Below are positions 20,980-31,600 of a DNA stretch of 64,000 nucleotides, in pieces. The notes below the pieces were generated by a model. That model was not told the DNA's origin. It did not search any database and saw nothing but the letters and a program-made list of their open reading frames with translations. How positions within the stretch are numbered: the first letter of the stretch is position 1; each line of letters begins with the position of its first letter. The translations under genes were made by a program, and so were the position numbers. The stretch is from Candidatus Spechtbacteria bacterium (GTDB taxonomy: Bacteria; Patescibacteriota; Minisyncoccia; Spechtbacterales; JACPHP01), in assembly GCA_016188605.1 (NCBI GenBank), contig JACPHP010000003.1, positions 16,400 through 80,399 of the forward strand, in the 5' to 3' direction.

Positions 20980-22788
20980 TTGCAAGTAGCAGCAAAGCAA
21001 TCCCGTCTACTCTATATACTACATACGAGATTGCTATGCCCCGCTACTACGAGTCTCGCGATGACAAAAATAAAATCTCCGAATATGAGCGCGCCAAAAA
21101 AAATTAATTTCCATCACGTAAAAATTTTTACTCCAACACTGCTCCTAATTGGGGCAGTGTTTTCGGTTGGCTTAGTTGCAATGAATTCTAATGTGGTTGT
21201 ACGAGGCGTGCGCCTAGCGAGCGAGTCGGTCGGTAATCTTTCATACACGGCTTTATCGCAAAAAATTCGTGCCAATGTATATACTTTTGAAAACACGCCT
21301 GTCGTGCTTATTCTTCCTGACGGTACGCACTACAAAGACGCGACTCCCTTGCTGCTGGGTGTGAGAATAGACGCGGACGCAACACAAGCCGCGGTTTTTT
21401 CCGCCGGACGCACTACGTCTTTTCTTGGTGATATCTCGCAACAATTTCGTTTGTTTATAATCGGAACTGATGTTAAATATCAAGGAACTATTGATGAAGC
21501 GGTAATGAAAAATTATTTATACAATCATGTCTCGCAATTCTACAAACCGGCGCGGGATGCCACAATTTACTATGACGATCTCTCGCATTCATTTGTCGTT
21601 CAAGGCGAAGCAGCTGGAAATGTAATAAATACCACTATGTTAATGACCGACCTTTCCCGTCGCATGGCGACGCTTTCTGCTTCACCAATTGCTACTTTTA
21701 TGCGCGTGGATAAGCCGATGATATTACAACCTTCGGCGCAAAACGCCAAAGAACAAGCAATCAATATCATTTCACGCAATCCCCTCCGCCTATCCTATGA
21801 AGACGGGGAATGGAACGTACAAGCAGATGACCTCGCTTCATGGCTCGCTTTCATGCCAAACCCCATAGACCCCAAAACTCTTGAGATAACAGTAGACCAG
21901 CAGAAAGTCAGCGAATATCTCATTCAGCTTGCGCCTGGAATTAACATTACGCCAGTTGACGCCGTTTTCACCGAAGAAAATGACCGCGTTAAAGAATTTA
22001 AGCTTTCCACGCAAGGGCGCGAACTAAATGTTGAAAAAAGCGCGCAAAAGATTGCGGAAGAAATTATTCATAATTCTACATTACCGGTCACTCTTGTTGT
22101 TGATTCTAAAGATGCCAATATTACGAGCGAAAAGATAAATGACTTGCGCATTACATCGTTAATTTCCTCTGGCACCACTGATTTTGCCGGCTCTCCCAAA
22201 AATCGCGTTCATAATATTCAAACCGGCGCCGCTAGATTCCAAGGAACGCTAGTCGCTCCCGGAGAGGAATTCTCTTTTAATACCATACTTGGCGAAGTCG
22301 ATGCTGATACCAGCTATTTACCAGAACTTGTTATTAAAAAGGATAAAACCGTTCCTGAATACGGCGGTGGAATATGCCAAATATCCACCACCCTTTTTCG
22401 CGCGGCCGTATACGCCGGATTTGAAATAACCGAACGATACAGCCACGCTTACCCAGTAAAATATTACGGCACCCCTGGATTTGACGCCACCATTTATCCG
22501 CCACACCCAGATTTGCGCTTCAAAAATAATACGCCGGGATATGTTCTTATACAGCAAAACATTGAAAAGACAAAAATAACTTTTGATATATATGGCATGG
22601 ATGATGGCCGAAAAACAAAGGTAGACGGTCCCGTTATTCTGTCGAAAAACGAAGAAGATGATTCTATGAAAACATTGTTAACACAAACTGTCGTCGATAA
22701 AGATGGAAAAATAATGTTCACTAAAAAATTCTACTCAAACTACAAATCACCGGAACTGTACCCCGTAAATAGAAATCCATACGAATAG
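20980..22788 (+). CDS. VanW family protein
   Basis: YGGGICQISTTLFRAAVYAGFEI...PGFDATIY is the VanW signature. N-terminal TM. Start probably an internal Met at about 21061-21085. Confidence 0.7.
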   Translation: MQVAAKQSRLLYILHTRLLCPATTSLAMTKIKSPNMSAPKKINFHHVKIFTPTLLLIGAVFSVGLVAMNSNVVVRGVRLASESVGNLSYTALSQKIRANVYTFENTPVVLILPDGTHYKDATPLLLGVRIDADATQAAVFSAGRTTSFLGDISQQFRLFIIGTDVKYQGTIDEAVMKNYLYNHVSQFYKPARDATIYYDDLSHSFVVQGEAAGNVINTTMLMTDLSRRMATLSASPIATFMRVDKPMILQPSAQNAKEQAINIISRNPLRLSYEDGEWNVQADDLASWLAFMPNPIDPKTLEITVDQQKVSEYLIQLAPGINITPVDAVFTEENDRVKEFKLSTQGRELNVEKSAQKIAEEIIHNSTLPVTLVVDSKDANITSEKINDLRITSLISSGTTDFAGSPKNRVHNIQTGAARFQGTLVAPGEEFSFNTILGEVDADTSYLPELVIKKDKTVPEYGGGICQISTTLFRAAVYAGFEITERYSHAYPVKYYGTPGFDATIYPPHPDLRFKNNTPGYVLIQQNIEKTKITFDIYGMDDGRKTKVDGPVILSKNEEDDSMKTLLTQTVVDKDGKIMFTKKFYSNYKSPELYPVNRNPYE

Positions 22789-22825
22789 TTAGTTTGAAGT
22801 TTAAATTTTATGCGCTCTAAACTTG

Positions 22826-22855
22826 AAAACCCCGCCAATTGGCGGGGTTTTCAAT
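22826..22855. terminator. Bidirectional rho-independent terminator aaaaccccgccaattggcggggtttt
   Basis: Perfect GC stem flanked by A-run and T-run. Confidence 0.7.
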
Positions 22856-22860
22856 ATTTG

Positions 22861-23046
22861 TGCCGAGGGGGGGAGTTGCCCACAAATAAATTTCCTAACG
22901 GAAATTTTTCGCGGGCCGCTCCTCGCGGCGCTAGCCTTCCGCTCTAAGCGGAAACTAGCGCATCGCTGCGGCCTTCAACTCCCGACGCACGCAAAGCAGT
23001 TTGCGTGCTCCCTCGGCACACTAATAAATTATCCAAATTGTATATG
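22861..23046 (-). other. tRNA-linked structured element, copy A (3' of tRNA-Leu UAG)
   Basis: Starts with the tRNA acceptor 5' strand (gccgagg-gagc) and ends with a copy of the tRNA's T-stem 3' strand plus acceptor 3' strand (gcaactccccccctcggca). Contains hairpin gcacgcaaa-CUGC-tttgcgtgc and GGGAGTTGAAGG. Confidence 0.5.
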
Positions 23047-23130
23047 TGCCGAGGGGGGGAGTTGAACCCCCAAGCCCTTGCGAGCACTAGCTCCTAAAGC
23101 TAGCGTGTCTGCCAATTTCACCACCTCGGC
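23047..23130 (-). tRNA. tRNA-Leu(UAG)
   Basis: Reverse complement folds as a class II tRNA: gccgagg-tg-gtga..., anticodon loop ttTAGga, long variable arm, T-arm ggggg-ttcaact-ccccc. Confidence 0.75.
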
Positions 23131-23241
23131 ATAGATACATTCTATACAATATGACATATCACGTCGCCATTGACAATACCGTAAATCAATGTATTATTTA
23201 CTAACGCACATTGCCAACTAAATAGCAAGGGGGGAAATTCT

Positions 23242-24651
23242 GTGAAGCGAGTGGTGGTACTGGTATACGCTGCTATTCTAGCAGCGTTCGGCACAGCTTT
23301 AAAATTTGCGCGACAACTATCTAATGCAAGGAGGTATCCCATGAATTATTTCCACGAAGAGCGTGATAGCGGACATTCGCGCGATTCCTATCGTGCGAAT
23401 GTCAAAAGTCGAATCACGAATTTACTAGATAATAAATTTTTTAAAAGCGCCGAATATGCGGCAGTATTTCTAGTATGGCCGATGCTAATCTATGCCTTCG
23501 TTCATATAATTGGAGGCAACCCAACCTCCAACGATGCTGCGTGGCGCATTCTCAACTCTTGGTGGAATATCGGCGGCATAATTATAGCCGCTATTGTTTC
23601 ACTAATTATTCTGGGAATTTTTTTGCGCGGCACGGAAGTATCTCCGACATTTGAAAAAATATCTGTCAGGGCTATGCTTGCTCTGATTGTATGGACAGCG
23701 GCAGTGCCGTTCTTTTGGGAATGGGTGCCCTCGCTTAGCAATACTCCGCTCCTGCGGCTGGCGGTAATCGCTCTGATTTCTGCAGGACTGATGATCTCCG
23801 CGCATTGGATCGCTAGCGCATTTTCGCCAGTGTGGAAAATGCACGCAAGGGGCTGGCTATTTGCAGTCATCGCAGTCGCGCTCGTCTCGGTGCTATGGCA
23901 ATTCATACCAACGCCCGAAAAAGCGCCTCCGCTGATTCCCGAATCGGTATCAAGCTGGGTAAGCCAGCTAGGCAAGGAACAACCGCGCGTTACAGTAGCT
24001 ACTGCTTCGCCACCTGTCCGTCCTGCGTACAGCCCTCCGGCAACTGCGCCGAACGCATCGTTATCAAAATATCAGCCCGGATTTTCTGGTGTTGAGAATG
24101 ACGGAGATATTACTACAGTCTACCTCAATGGCACTGAAGAACAGGGCCTTCAAGCGGCAATGGTACAGCCAGGAGAGAAGTATGAGGTGCGGTTAAAAAA
24201 GAATGGCGGTAATATAAGCTCATTTGATCCCGTAACAAAAAAATATAACGAGGAATCTCTGCATGGCATACTAGACGGATACGTTTACAAAAACGCCAGT
24301 CCCAAATGCCCAAGCGTTGACTGGTCTAGCAACTTCCGCTATTCAAAGGTTGAGGGCATCAAGCCGAACGCCACTCTTGTTGTCCTTGGAATCGGTTCTA
24401 CGAACGAGACGGTTGCACAATTTGCAGATAATAAATACATAATGTCGGTACAGAATAGCGCCAACATCGCTCGGTCGCTCTCGCTGTATTATCATTCCGC
24501 GACATACTACTGGCTAGACCAGAAAGACGGCGTGTTCTTTCCGTCGCAAGAGCTAGCGTCTTGCCTTGGAAGGCCTGTGGTGGTATGGAAAAACGGATGG
24601 CAAGACCAAGGCAAGACGTCTCAAATATTTGAAATAAGGAAATTGCAATAA
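23242..24651 (+). CDS. Large membrane protein with C-terminal extracytoplasmic domain, unknown function
   Basis: 469 aa. About 6 TM helices followed by a hydrophilic region. Alternative start at 23341 after an AGGAGG RBS. Confidence 0.5.
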   Translation: MKRVVVLVYAAILAAFGTALKFARQLSNARRYPMNYFHEERDSGHSRDSYRANVKSRITNLLDNKFFKSAEYAAVFLVWPMLIYAFVHIIGGNPTSNDAAWRILNSWWNIGGIIIAAIVSLIILGIFLRGTEVSPTFEKISVRAMLALIVWTAAVPFFWEWVPSLSNTPLLRLAVIALISAGLMISAHWIASAFSPVWKMHARGWLFAVIAVALVSVLWQFIPTPEKAPPLIPESVSSWVSQLGKEQPRVTVATASPPVRPAYSPPATAPNASLSKYQPGFSGVENDGDITTVYLNGTEEQGLQAAMVQPGEKYEVRLKKNGGNISSFDPVTKKYNEESLHGILDGYVYKNASPKCPSVDWSSNFRYSKVEGIKPNATLVVLGIGSTNETVAQFADNKYIMSVQNSANIARSLSLYYHSATYYWLDQKDGVFFPSQELASCLGRPVVVWKNGWQDQGKTSQIFEIRKLQ

Positions 24652-24654
24652 TTT

Positions 24655-24700
24655 AAATCCCCTGTCCCGCAACCGCGGAACAGGGGATTTTACTTTCTCA
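24655..24700. terminator. Bidirectional terminator hairpin between convergent genes
   Basis: aaatcccctgtcccgc...gcggaacaggggattt followed by a T-run. Confidence 0.55.
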
Positions 24701-24731
24701 GAATTGTTCTTTCTCTCTTAGCTAGAGAATA

Positions 24732-25289
24732 TTATTTCGTACCCAAAAATCCAATTATCAAACTCGGAAGAAGTCTTGCGACAACCGCAAGAACAATTCC
24801 AAACACCGCGTAAAGAAGTAGATTCTTTGCCCTAGTAATGTTGTTGGGTTGCTGACCTGCTGTAAGGAACAAAAATGCGGCGTACAGAATTATAACAACG
24901 GAGAGTGTGCCTATAATAAGAAATAGGATGTTAAAAATCTGCCTTATTAAAGAGAAGGTGCAAAGAACACCAAACCCAGACATTACTAATCCCCTAGATG
25001 TTTTAGGAGTTAATAAATCGTTATTATCAAGTTGCGAATTTATCGCATCGGTAGATTCTGCTGGAAGAACGGTGTCCGCTGGCAATAACGCTTGGTTTGT
25101 GCTTACAGGATCCTGAAACTTAGACCCAATCAGAGTATTAACGTCTGCCGCATCTAGATCCGCGCGGACCGTACATTTTGATGCCGATGAAATTGGATTT
25201 GCAGCATAAATGAATGTAGTAGGTATCACCCCTACTGTAATCATCAATATAAGGGTTACAATGTTTCTTTGAATAAATTTTCTTCTCAT
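24732..25289 (-). CDS. Pilin-like small membrane protein (signal peptide plus two C-terminal TM helices), paralog 1
   Basis: 185 aa. C-terminal VVIILYAAFLFLTAGQ...NLLLYAVFGIVLAVVARLLPSLIIGFLGTK is shared with the two neighbours; topology resembles VirB2/TrbC pilins. Confidence 0.5.
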   Translation of the reverse strand: MRRKFIQRNIVTLILMITVGVIPTTFIYAANPISSASKCTVRADLDAADVNTLIGSKFQDPVSTNQALLPADTVLPAESTDAINSQLDNNDLLTPKTSRGLVMSGFGVLCTFSLIRQIFNILFLIIGTLSVVIILYAAFLFLTAGQQPNNITRAKNLLLYAVFGIVLAVVARLLPSLIIGFLGTK

Positions 25290-25327
25290 AACTAGAAATG
25301 CTACCTACCTGACGTAAATTTTACACC

Positions 25328-25819
25328 TTATTTCGTACCCAAAAATCCAATTATCAAGCTCGGAAGAAGTCTCGCGACAACCGCAAGAATAATTCCAACC
25401 ACCGCGTAAAGAAGTAGGTTCTTTGCTGTCACGAGGTTAGTAGGAGTCTGACCTGCTGTAAGGAACAAAAATGCGGCGTACAGAATTATAACAACAGAGA
25501 GTGTGCCGACAACAAGAAATAGGATGTTAAATATTTGTTGCACCAAAGCAAAGGTGCAGAGAACGCCAAATCCAGATCTTATCGCATCATTAACAACGTT
25601 TCCCGCGGCAATACCACTCGGCAAAACCGTCCCCGGGGCAATAAGAGCGCCCCCTCCTCCTACTAGCGTATTAACATCTACTGCTGAAATCTCTGACCGT
25701 ACAACGCATTCATTTGCCTGTACAATAGGATTGGCCGCATATGCCAGAGGCGCTAAAAACGTCAATACGATAAATAATGACGCAATATATACAAGGCTCT
25801 TTTTAATTATTTTTTGCAT
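25328..25819 (-). CDS. Pilin-like small membrane protein, paralog 2
   Basis: 163 aa. Signal peptide, variable middle, C-terminal two-TM block nearly identical to paralog 1. Confidence 0.5.
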   Translation of the reverse strand: MQKIIKKSLVYIASLFIVLTFLAPLAYAANPIVQANECVVRSEISAVDVNTLVGGGGALIAPGTVLPSGIAAGNVVNDAIRSGFGVLCTFALVQQIFNILFLVVGTLSVVIILYAAFLFLTAGQTPTNLVTAKNLLLYAVVGIILAVVARLLPSLIIGFLGTK

Positions 25820-25882
25820 AAAATAAATTAAATAATAAATTTTAGTAATAATTATAACAGTGACCTTTTTTTAATAAATAGA

Positions 25883-26350
25883 CTAAATACCGGCAATGGC
25901 GTATCTTAAAATTGATACTATTATTTTCGCCAATACGATTACAGTAAACCCAATGAGCGCCCATTTTAATACTTCCTTTGCTGTTCTTAGTTGAGTGGCG
26001 TTCCCGCCAGAAATCATAAATAGAAATGCTGCGTACACAATAATGATAAGCAATACGGGACCGGCAAAAACTATAATAGTATCAAGTACTCTGTCCAACA
26101 AAGCTGTAAACGTATCCGAATCAATCGGGTTTTGAATTTGAATCGGTCCGGGATCAGCTGCCAACGCAAAAGGAACAAACCCTGTTACCAGTATAGCACT
26201 AGCCAAAAAAAAGAACATTGTGGATAAGATATTACGTTGCATGATGTGATTCTTACATTTTACTATTAAGTATCGAGGCGAAATTATATAACAATAATGA
26301 ATAATGAATTGTGAATCATGAGTTGCGCATTGCCTACTATTCCTATTCAT
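25883..26350 (-). CDS. Pilin-like small membrane protein, paralog 3
   Basis: Same architecture (IIIVYAAFLFMISGGN...). Likely start MQRNILSTMFFF at about 26242. Confidence 0.45.
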   Translation of the reverse strand: MNRNSRQCATHDSQFIIHYCYIISPRYLIVKCKNHIMQRNILSTMFFFLASAILVTGFVPFALAADPGPIQIQNPIDSDTFTALLDRVLDTIIVFAGPVLLIIIVYAAFLFMISGGNATQLRTAKEVLKWALIGFTVIVLAKIIVSILRYAIAGI

Positions 26351-26378
26351 TATTCACAATTCATGATTCATAATTCAA
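26293..26378. repeat. Family-1 AT-rich hairpin repeat
   Basis: ataatgaataatgaattgtgaatcatga...tcattattcacaattcatgattcataatt dyad. Confidence 0.55.
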
Positions 26379-26383
26379 AGTAA

Positions 26384-27763
26384 TCACTGCACCACCCCTC
26401 TCCGCACTTTCTGAAAAATTGCTGATATATCATTTTGCGCCTTGCCCAACGCATCTGCTGGCGCTGTCGCGCCGGATGCCACGGAATCAATCATTGTTAT
26501 CAACGCATTCTCCGTTGAAACATTATCGCCCATGTACCACGAACGCGCTATGAGGGTTTGGTCAACAAAGGGCTTTAGTAAATCAGAGGCATTTTTATCC
26601 TGCCAAGCAATTAACGATTTCAACGCCGTCGGACGTTGTACTTTCGTCAAATATTCTTTCTCATTCTCCTCCCGCGCTAGGAACAATATAAACTGCCACG
26701 CGGCGTCGCTGTGCTTTGAATTTTTGGAAACAGTAAGCCCCCAATAATTTGCGAATGCCGCCTTCTGACGCTGATCGCTCGGCTGTGGAATGGGCGCTAC
26801 GGCAAAATCAAGATAGCGATTCTTCTGTTGAATCGTCGGTATCATATAGGAATAATTAATCATCATTGCCGCGTCTCCGGCTACAAAAGCGTCCACTGAA
26901 TAATGCATATCCGGGCTCCATGAATAAACCTCGCTTTTTTTATCCGCAAAAGAAGTATAGAACTCAAGCGCTTGCAAACCCGGATCAAAACGCTTACCCT
27001 GCGCGTCGTACACGGGGTCGGCAAAAGTTGGTTTGGTTTGCGCGTCATCAGTCATGCGCGTACCGGTCTGAAGCATCAACATTGCAAGTATATCGGTTGA
27101 ACGATTTATATTTTTACCAGTACCCATGACTACACCAGCTAAATCAACGTTGCCAGAAGCGTTGTACTTGGTAAGTTTCTTTACGTACGTTACAAAATCA
27201 TCCCATGTTTTGGGCGGGTCTATTAAAGTGTTGTTATGGAAATACGTGCGGTTATAATAAAGCGCGAGCGTATCAACAAAAAGCGGAATGGCATATACCC
27301 GCGGAGGGGAGATTTGGTTTGCGCCAGTTTGCGCGGCAAAGTCATAGCGCACAACATCGGGATAGCGGTTTTGAAAATCGTCAAACGAAAGCTGTGAAGA
27401 CGGCGCCGGCTCAATATTTTTTTGCTCAAGCGGCAGCCATGTATTGTGTATTGCAAAAATGTCCGGCCCGTTCCCCTGCATAAACGCTTGCTTTAAATCG
27501 GCACGATATGTGTCATATTCTTTCTTGCGATAGGCAACGCTAATATTAGGATATTGCTGATTGAACTTTGCAATCAAAGAAGCGTATACATCACTATCTT
27601 CAAATACATTCCAGAAGTCCAGATTCACCACTTCTTGCTGAACCGGTGGCGCCACGCATTTACTTAGTCCGGGAATAAAGCAAAACCAAAGCCCCGCGCC
27701 AAGCGCGATGGTGAGAATAACTACTGCGCCTATGATGAGTTGGTTGCGCTGATAAGGCTCCAT
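26384..27763 (-). CDS. ABC transporter extracellular solute-binding protein (family 1, sugar-type)
   Basis: 459 aa. N-terminal TM anchor; overall SBP-like composition (WNVFEDSD..., AIHNTWLPL...). Confidence 0.55.
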   Translation of the reverse strand: MEPYQRNQLIIGAVVILTIALGAGLWFCFIPGLSKCVAPPVQQEVVNLDFWNVFEDSDVYASLIAKFNQQYPNISVAYRKKEYDTYRADLKQAFMQGNGPDIFAIHNTWLPLEQKNIEPAPSSQLSFDDFQNRYPDVVRYDFAAQTGANQISPPRVYAIPLFVDTLALYYNRTYFHNNTLIDPPKTWDDFVTYVKKLTKYNASGNVDLAGVVMGTGKNINRSTDILAMLMLQTGTRMTDDAQTKPTFADPVYDAQGKRFDPGLQALEFYTSFADKKSEVYSWSPDMHYSVDAFVAGDAAMMINYSYMIPTIQQKNRYLDFAVAPIPQPSDQRQKAAFANYWGLTVSKNSKHSDAAWQFILFLAREENEKEYLTKVQRPTALKSLIAWQDKNASDLLKPFVDQTLIARSWYMGDNVSTENALITMIDSVASGATAPADALGKAQNDISAIFQKVRRGVVQ

Positions 27764-27768
27764 AGACT

Positions 27769-27905
27769 ACTTTGAATAGTGAATCATGAATTGTGAATAG
27801 AGAATGACTGGTTACTAAAGTGCATGATTCGTGATTCACTATTCATGATTCATTGTTGTAAGATTAATTACCAGAGATCTCTCGCGCTACGCTCGAGATG
27901 ACACA
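27769..27905. repeat. Composite repeat: family-1 hairpin plus half of the family-3 element (agagatctctcgcgctacgctcgagatgaca)
   Basis: A 137-bp unit repeated almost identically at 28492-28630 (1-2 mismatches). Confidence 0.7.
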
Positions 27906-27909
27906 AATA

Positions 27910-28485
27910 TTATATACCAAATACCAACCCATAGTGGTGGCTTCCGGCGGCAAATTCTTTTTCCAACACAAAACCTTCCTTCTCTGCTAGAGTCACAAAA
28001 TCTTCACGAGATAACCTGGCCTTGGTTTGCGGACCCCAGGGCGCTTCCGCTCTCCATTCTATTATAACAAGTTTACCTTTCTTTTTTAATACACGCTTTG
28101 CTTCACGAATAATTGCACCCTTGTCTTTAACCTGAAAAAGCACGCTGGTGCAAAAAACAATATCAACCAATTTCTCCGGCAAAGTTGACCCTTTCTCGCG
28201 CTCAAGATCGCCGCGAATTGCTTGTACTTGAGTTAAACCATATAGTTTGGCCCGACTGCGCACGGATTCTATAGGACCCTTTTGAATATCTATGGCATAC
28301 ACAGCTCCTTGCGCCCCAACCTTACGCGCGATTAAAATCGCAAAATGCCCAGCGCCACACCCAAAGTCCGCAACCGCCATACCCTCTTTTATGCCTAGCT
28401 TATCTAGCAGGGATTGAGGATCGAGAAAGTTCATGTTTCCAGCCGTTATTTCAGTATGTATTTTTGCCTTAGGTTCGAGAGACAT
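27910..28485 (-). CDS. Class I SAM-dependent methyltransferase
   Basis: 191 aa. Motif I VADFGCGAGHFAILIA; acidic motif II. Confidence 0.7.
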   Translation of the reverse strand: MSLEPKAKIHTEITAGNMNFLDPQSLLDKLGIKEGMAVADFGCGAGHFAILIARKVGAQGAVYAIDIQKGPIESVRSRAKLYGLTQVQAIRGDLEREKGSTLPEKLVDIVFCTSVLFQVKDKGAIIREAKRVLKKKGKLVIIEWRAEAPWGPQTKARLSREDFVTLAEKEGFVLEKEFAAGSHHYGLVFGI

Positions 28486-28491
28486 ACACTA

Positions 28492-28630
28492 ACTTTGAAT
28501 AGTGAATCATGAATTGTGAATAGAGAATGACTGGTTACTAAAGTGCATGATTCGTGATTCACTATTCATGATTCATTGTTGTAAGATTAATTACCAGAGA
28601 TCTCTCGCGCTGCGCTCGAGATGACACATA
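28492..28630. repeat. Second copy of the 137-bp composite repeat
   Basis: Direct repeat of 27769-27905; the two copies flank the methyltransferase gene. Confidence 0.7.
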
Positions 28631-28642
28631 TGGCTCTACTTC

Positions 28643-31600
28643 TTACACTACCAGCGCAGATGCCACCTTATCCCCACTTTCAAGCCTCATAATGCGCACG
28701 CCTTGCGTAACACGACCGAGATGTGGAATATTCTTCAGACCAACACGAATGACATTGCCGCGCTCGGAAACAACTATTAATTCGTCCTCTTCTTCCTTAA
28801 GTATTTGCGCGCTAACAAGCGCGCCTGTTTTTGCAGTAATATTTGCCGCTTTAATGCCAAACCCGCCTCTATGCTGAACCTTAAATGAACCAATAGCAGT
28901 TCGCTTGCCGTATCCATTCTCCATGATAACAAGAATGTCTTGCTTCTTATCGCTCGCGCCAATCATGCCCATGCCTATTATTTCGTCGTTTTGCTTTACG
29001 TGCAAACCATGTACTCCCCCCGCGGCGCGACCCATCGAACGAATATCAGATTCTTTAAAACGAATACTCTGACCCTGTTTTGTTACCAGCATAATATCGT
29101 CTTTGCCTGTGGAGATTGCCACCCACTGCAAGATATCATTACCCTTCAAATGCAAGGCAATGAGTCCGTTGCGACGAACATTCTGGAAATCTTCGATCTC
29201 TGTCTTTTTGATTATACCACCACGCGTAACCATAACCAAAAATTTTGCTTCTTTAGGATTACGGTCAAGTGGGATAACGGCAGTTACGGTTTCGTTGGCA
29301 GTCAAATCCAAAAAGTTAACTAGCGCTTTGCCTCGCGCAATGCGCGTGGATCGCGGTATTTCATATGCCAGCGTTTGGAATACGCGACCCGTGGAAGTGA
29401 AAAACAAAATCCTGTCGTGCGTTGACGCGGACAAGAAATGCTCCACTAAATCTTCGCCCTTACGTTCAATGCCAAGAATACCCTTGCCGCCGCGATGCTG
29501 CTGCTTATAAACCGTTGGCTGTACGCGCTTAATGTAGCCGTCTTTAGTGATGGTGATAATAGTTTCCTCTTTTGGAATTAAATCCTCTTCTTTGAATTCT
29601 CCAAGAGCCGCGGCATGGACTTTCGTTTTGCGCGTCCCGCCGTAAAGCGTTTTAAGATCACTAAGCTCTTCTTTGATTTTTACCCACATGCGCTTTGGCT
29701 CGTCGAGAAGCAACGTCCATTCCGCGATAAAGCGCTTTTTCTCCTTCAATTCTTCTTCAATCTTTTTGCGCTCAAGATTAGCCAGGTTCTGCAAACGCAT
29801 ATCCAAAATCGCGCCGGCCTGAATGTCGGTAAAATCAAATTTCTTTTTCAAATTGTTATGCGCGTCGGCGCGGTCTTGCGACGCGCGGATAGTTTTAATA
29901 ACCTCGTCAATGTGGTCAAGCGCTTTTTTCAAGCCCTCCAAGATATGCGCCCTCTCTTTAGCGCGCGCGATATCAAATTCCGTGCGCCTGCGCACAACTT
30001 CATGCTTATGCGCAAGATAATGCTCGAGAACCTCTTTCAACGAAAGCACTCTCGGCTCGATACCATTAACAAGCGCCAGCATGTTGAGGTGGAATGTCCT
30101 TTGCAGTTCAGTGAATTTGTATAAGCTGTTTAGAATTTTTTGCGGATGCGCGTCGCGCTTCAGCTCAATAATAACGCTCATACCGCGCTGGTCTGATTCA
30201 TCGCGAATATCACGAATACCTTCGATGCGGCCGTCCTGCACAAGGTTTGCCATTGTTTCAATGAGAGTTGCCTTGTTTACTTGGTACGGAAGCTCTGTAA
30301 TTTCAATATAAGAACCTTTTACGTCATCGCGTTCGTTTTCATCAAAAATCTGCGCCTCGCCGCGCATTAAAATCGGCCCCTTGCCTTGGCCATATGCCTC
30401 CATAATCGCCTTCTTTCCATATATAGTGCTTCCGGTTGGGAAATCAGGACCCTGAATAAACTGAAAAATATCCTCCAGCGTCGCTTTAGGATGATTGATA
30501 AGATGAATAAGCGCGTCCACCACTTCATTAAGATTATGCGGCGGAATGTTCGTCGCCATACCAACTGCAATACCCATTGTGCCGTTAAGCAAGAGCTGGG
30601 GAATTGCGGAGGGCAAAACTTTCGGCTCCTTGCGAGTGCCGTCGTAGTTATCCATCCAGTCAACTGTGTCTTTATCAATATCGCGCAGCATTTCTACGGC
30701 AATCTTGCTCATACGCGCTTCGGTGTTGTGATTGATAAAACCATTTGCCACGAATGAATGGCAATCACTTTCTACTTTTATAGAATAAACCTTCTCTATA
30801 CCGCCGTCCTCAATTTTTACTATAGGATCAAAAAGATAATGATTATCCAAAAGTTGCGAAAAAAGATTGACAATGCTCGTTTCCACGCGATGCTCAACCG
30901 CTGTCACAACGCGCTCATAATTTCTTCCCATTTCCGTGTAACGATCGAAATTATGTTTCAATGCAAATTCACGCACATTGTACAAAACTGAATTGCTTAA
31001 ATTAGCACGAACATAGTCAGATAAAAACGGTACTGTGTCGCTCGCGGTTTGTTCTTTGAAGAGTCGCTCGATGGCTACGGTTAGTTTACTTTTTTTGCGC
31101 TCCGAAATAAATCCAATTTCTTTTGCAAAAACAGAATAATTACTCAGCCCTCGCAAATAAAGTTTGTGTGTCGCGCGATATTTGTCAAAACGCTTGGTTG
31201 CCGCAATGCCAAATCGCAAGAGTAAAATTTGTAATTGGCTAAGCAATTGTTCACTTTTTGATATCGCGCTTAATTCAGTCATTGTAGCGCTAAAGGTAAT
31301 AGTACCATCGCCCTCGAAATATGCGCGTATAAAAGAAGACGCAACTGCTTTTGACGAACGGAAAATAATATGGGGTATTGTTCTAGCGCCAGATTTTGCG
31401 GTAACTAGCCCTATATTGCGTAAAAAAGCAATTACATGCTGTGAATGCACTTCAAAAGTTTTATATGGCTTCGTGCCGTATGAATTGGGGCGGCGCTCGA
31501 AGGCATGCAACCGGCAGTCAGGAAAAACCCTCCTCCAACGCTCTGAAAATTCAGCCATCCATTCATCGTCCGTATTGCAAAACTCTAATTCTTTCTCTTT

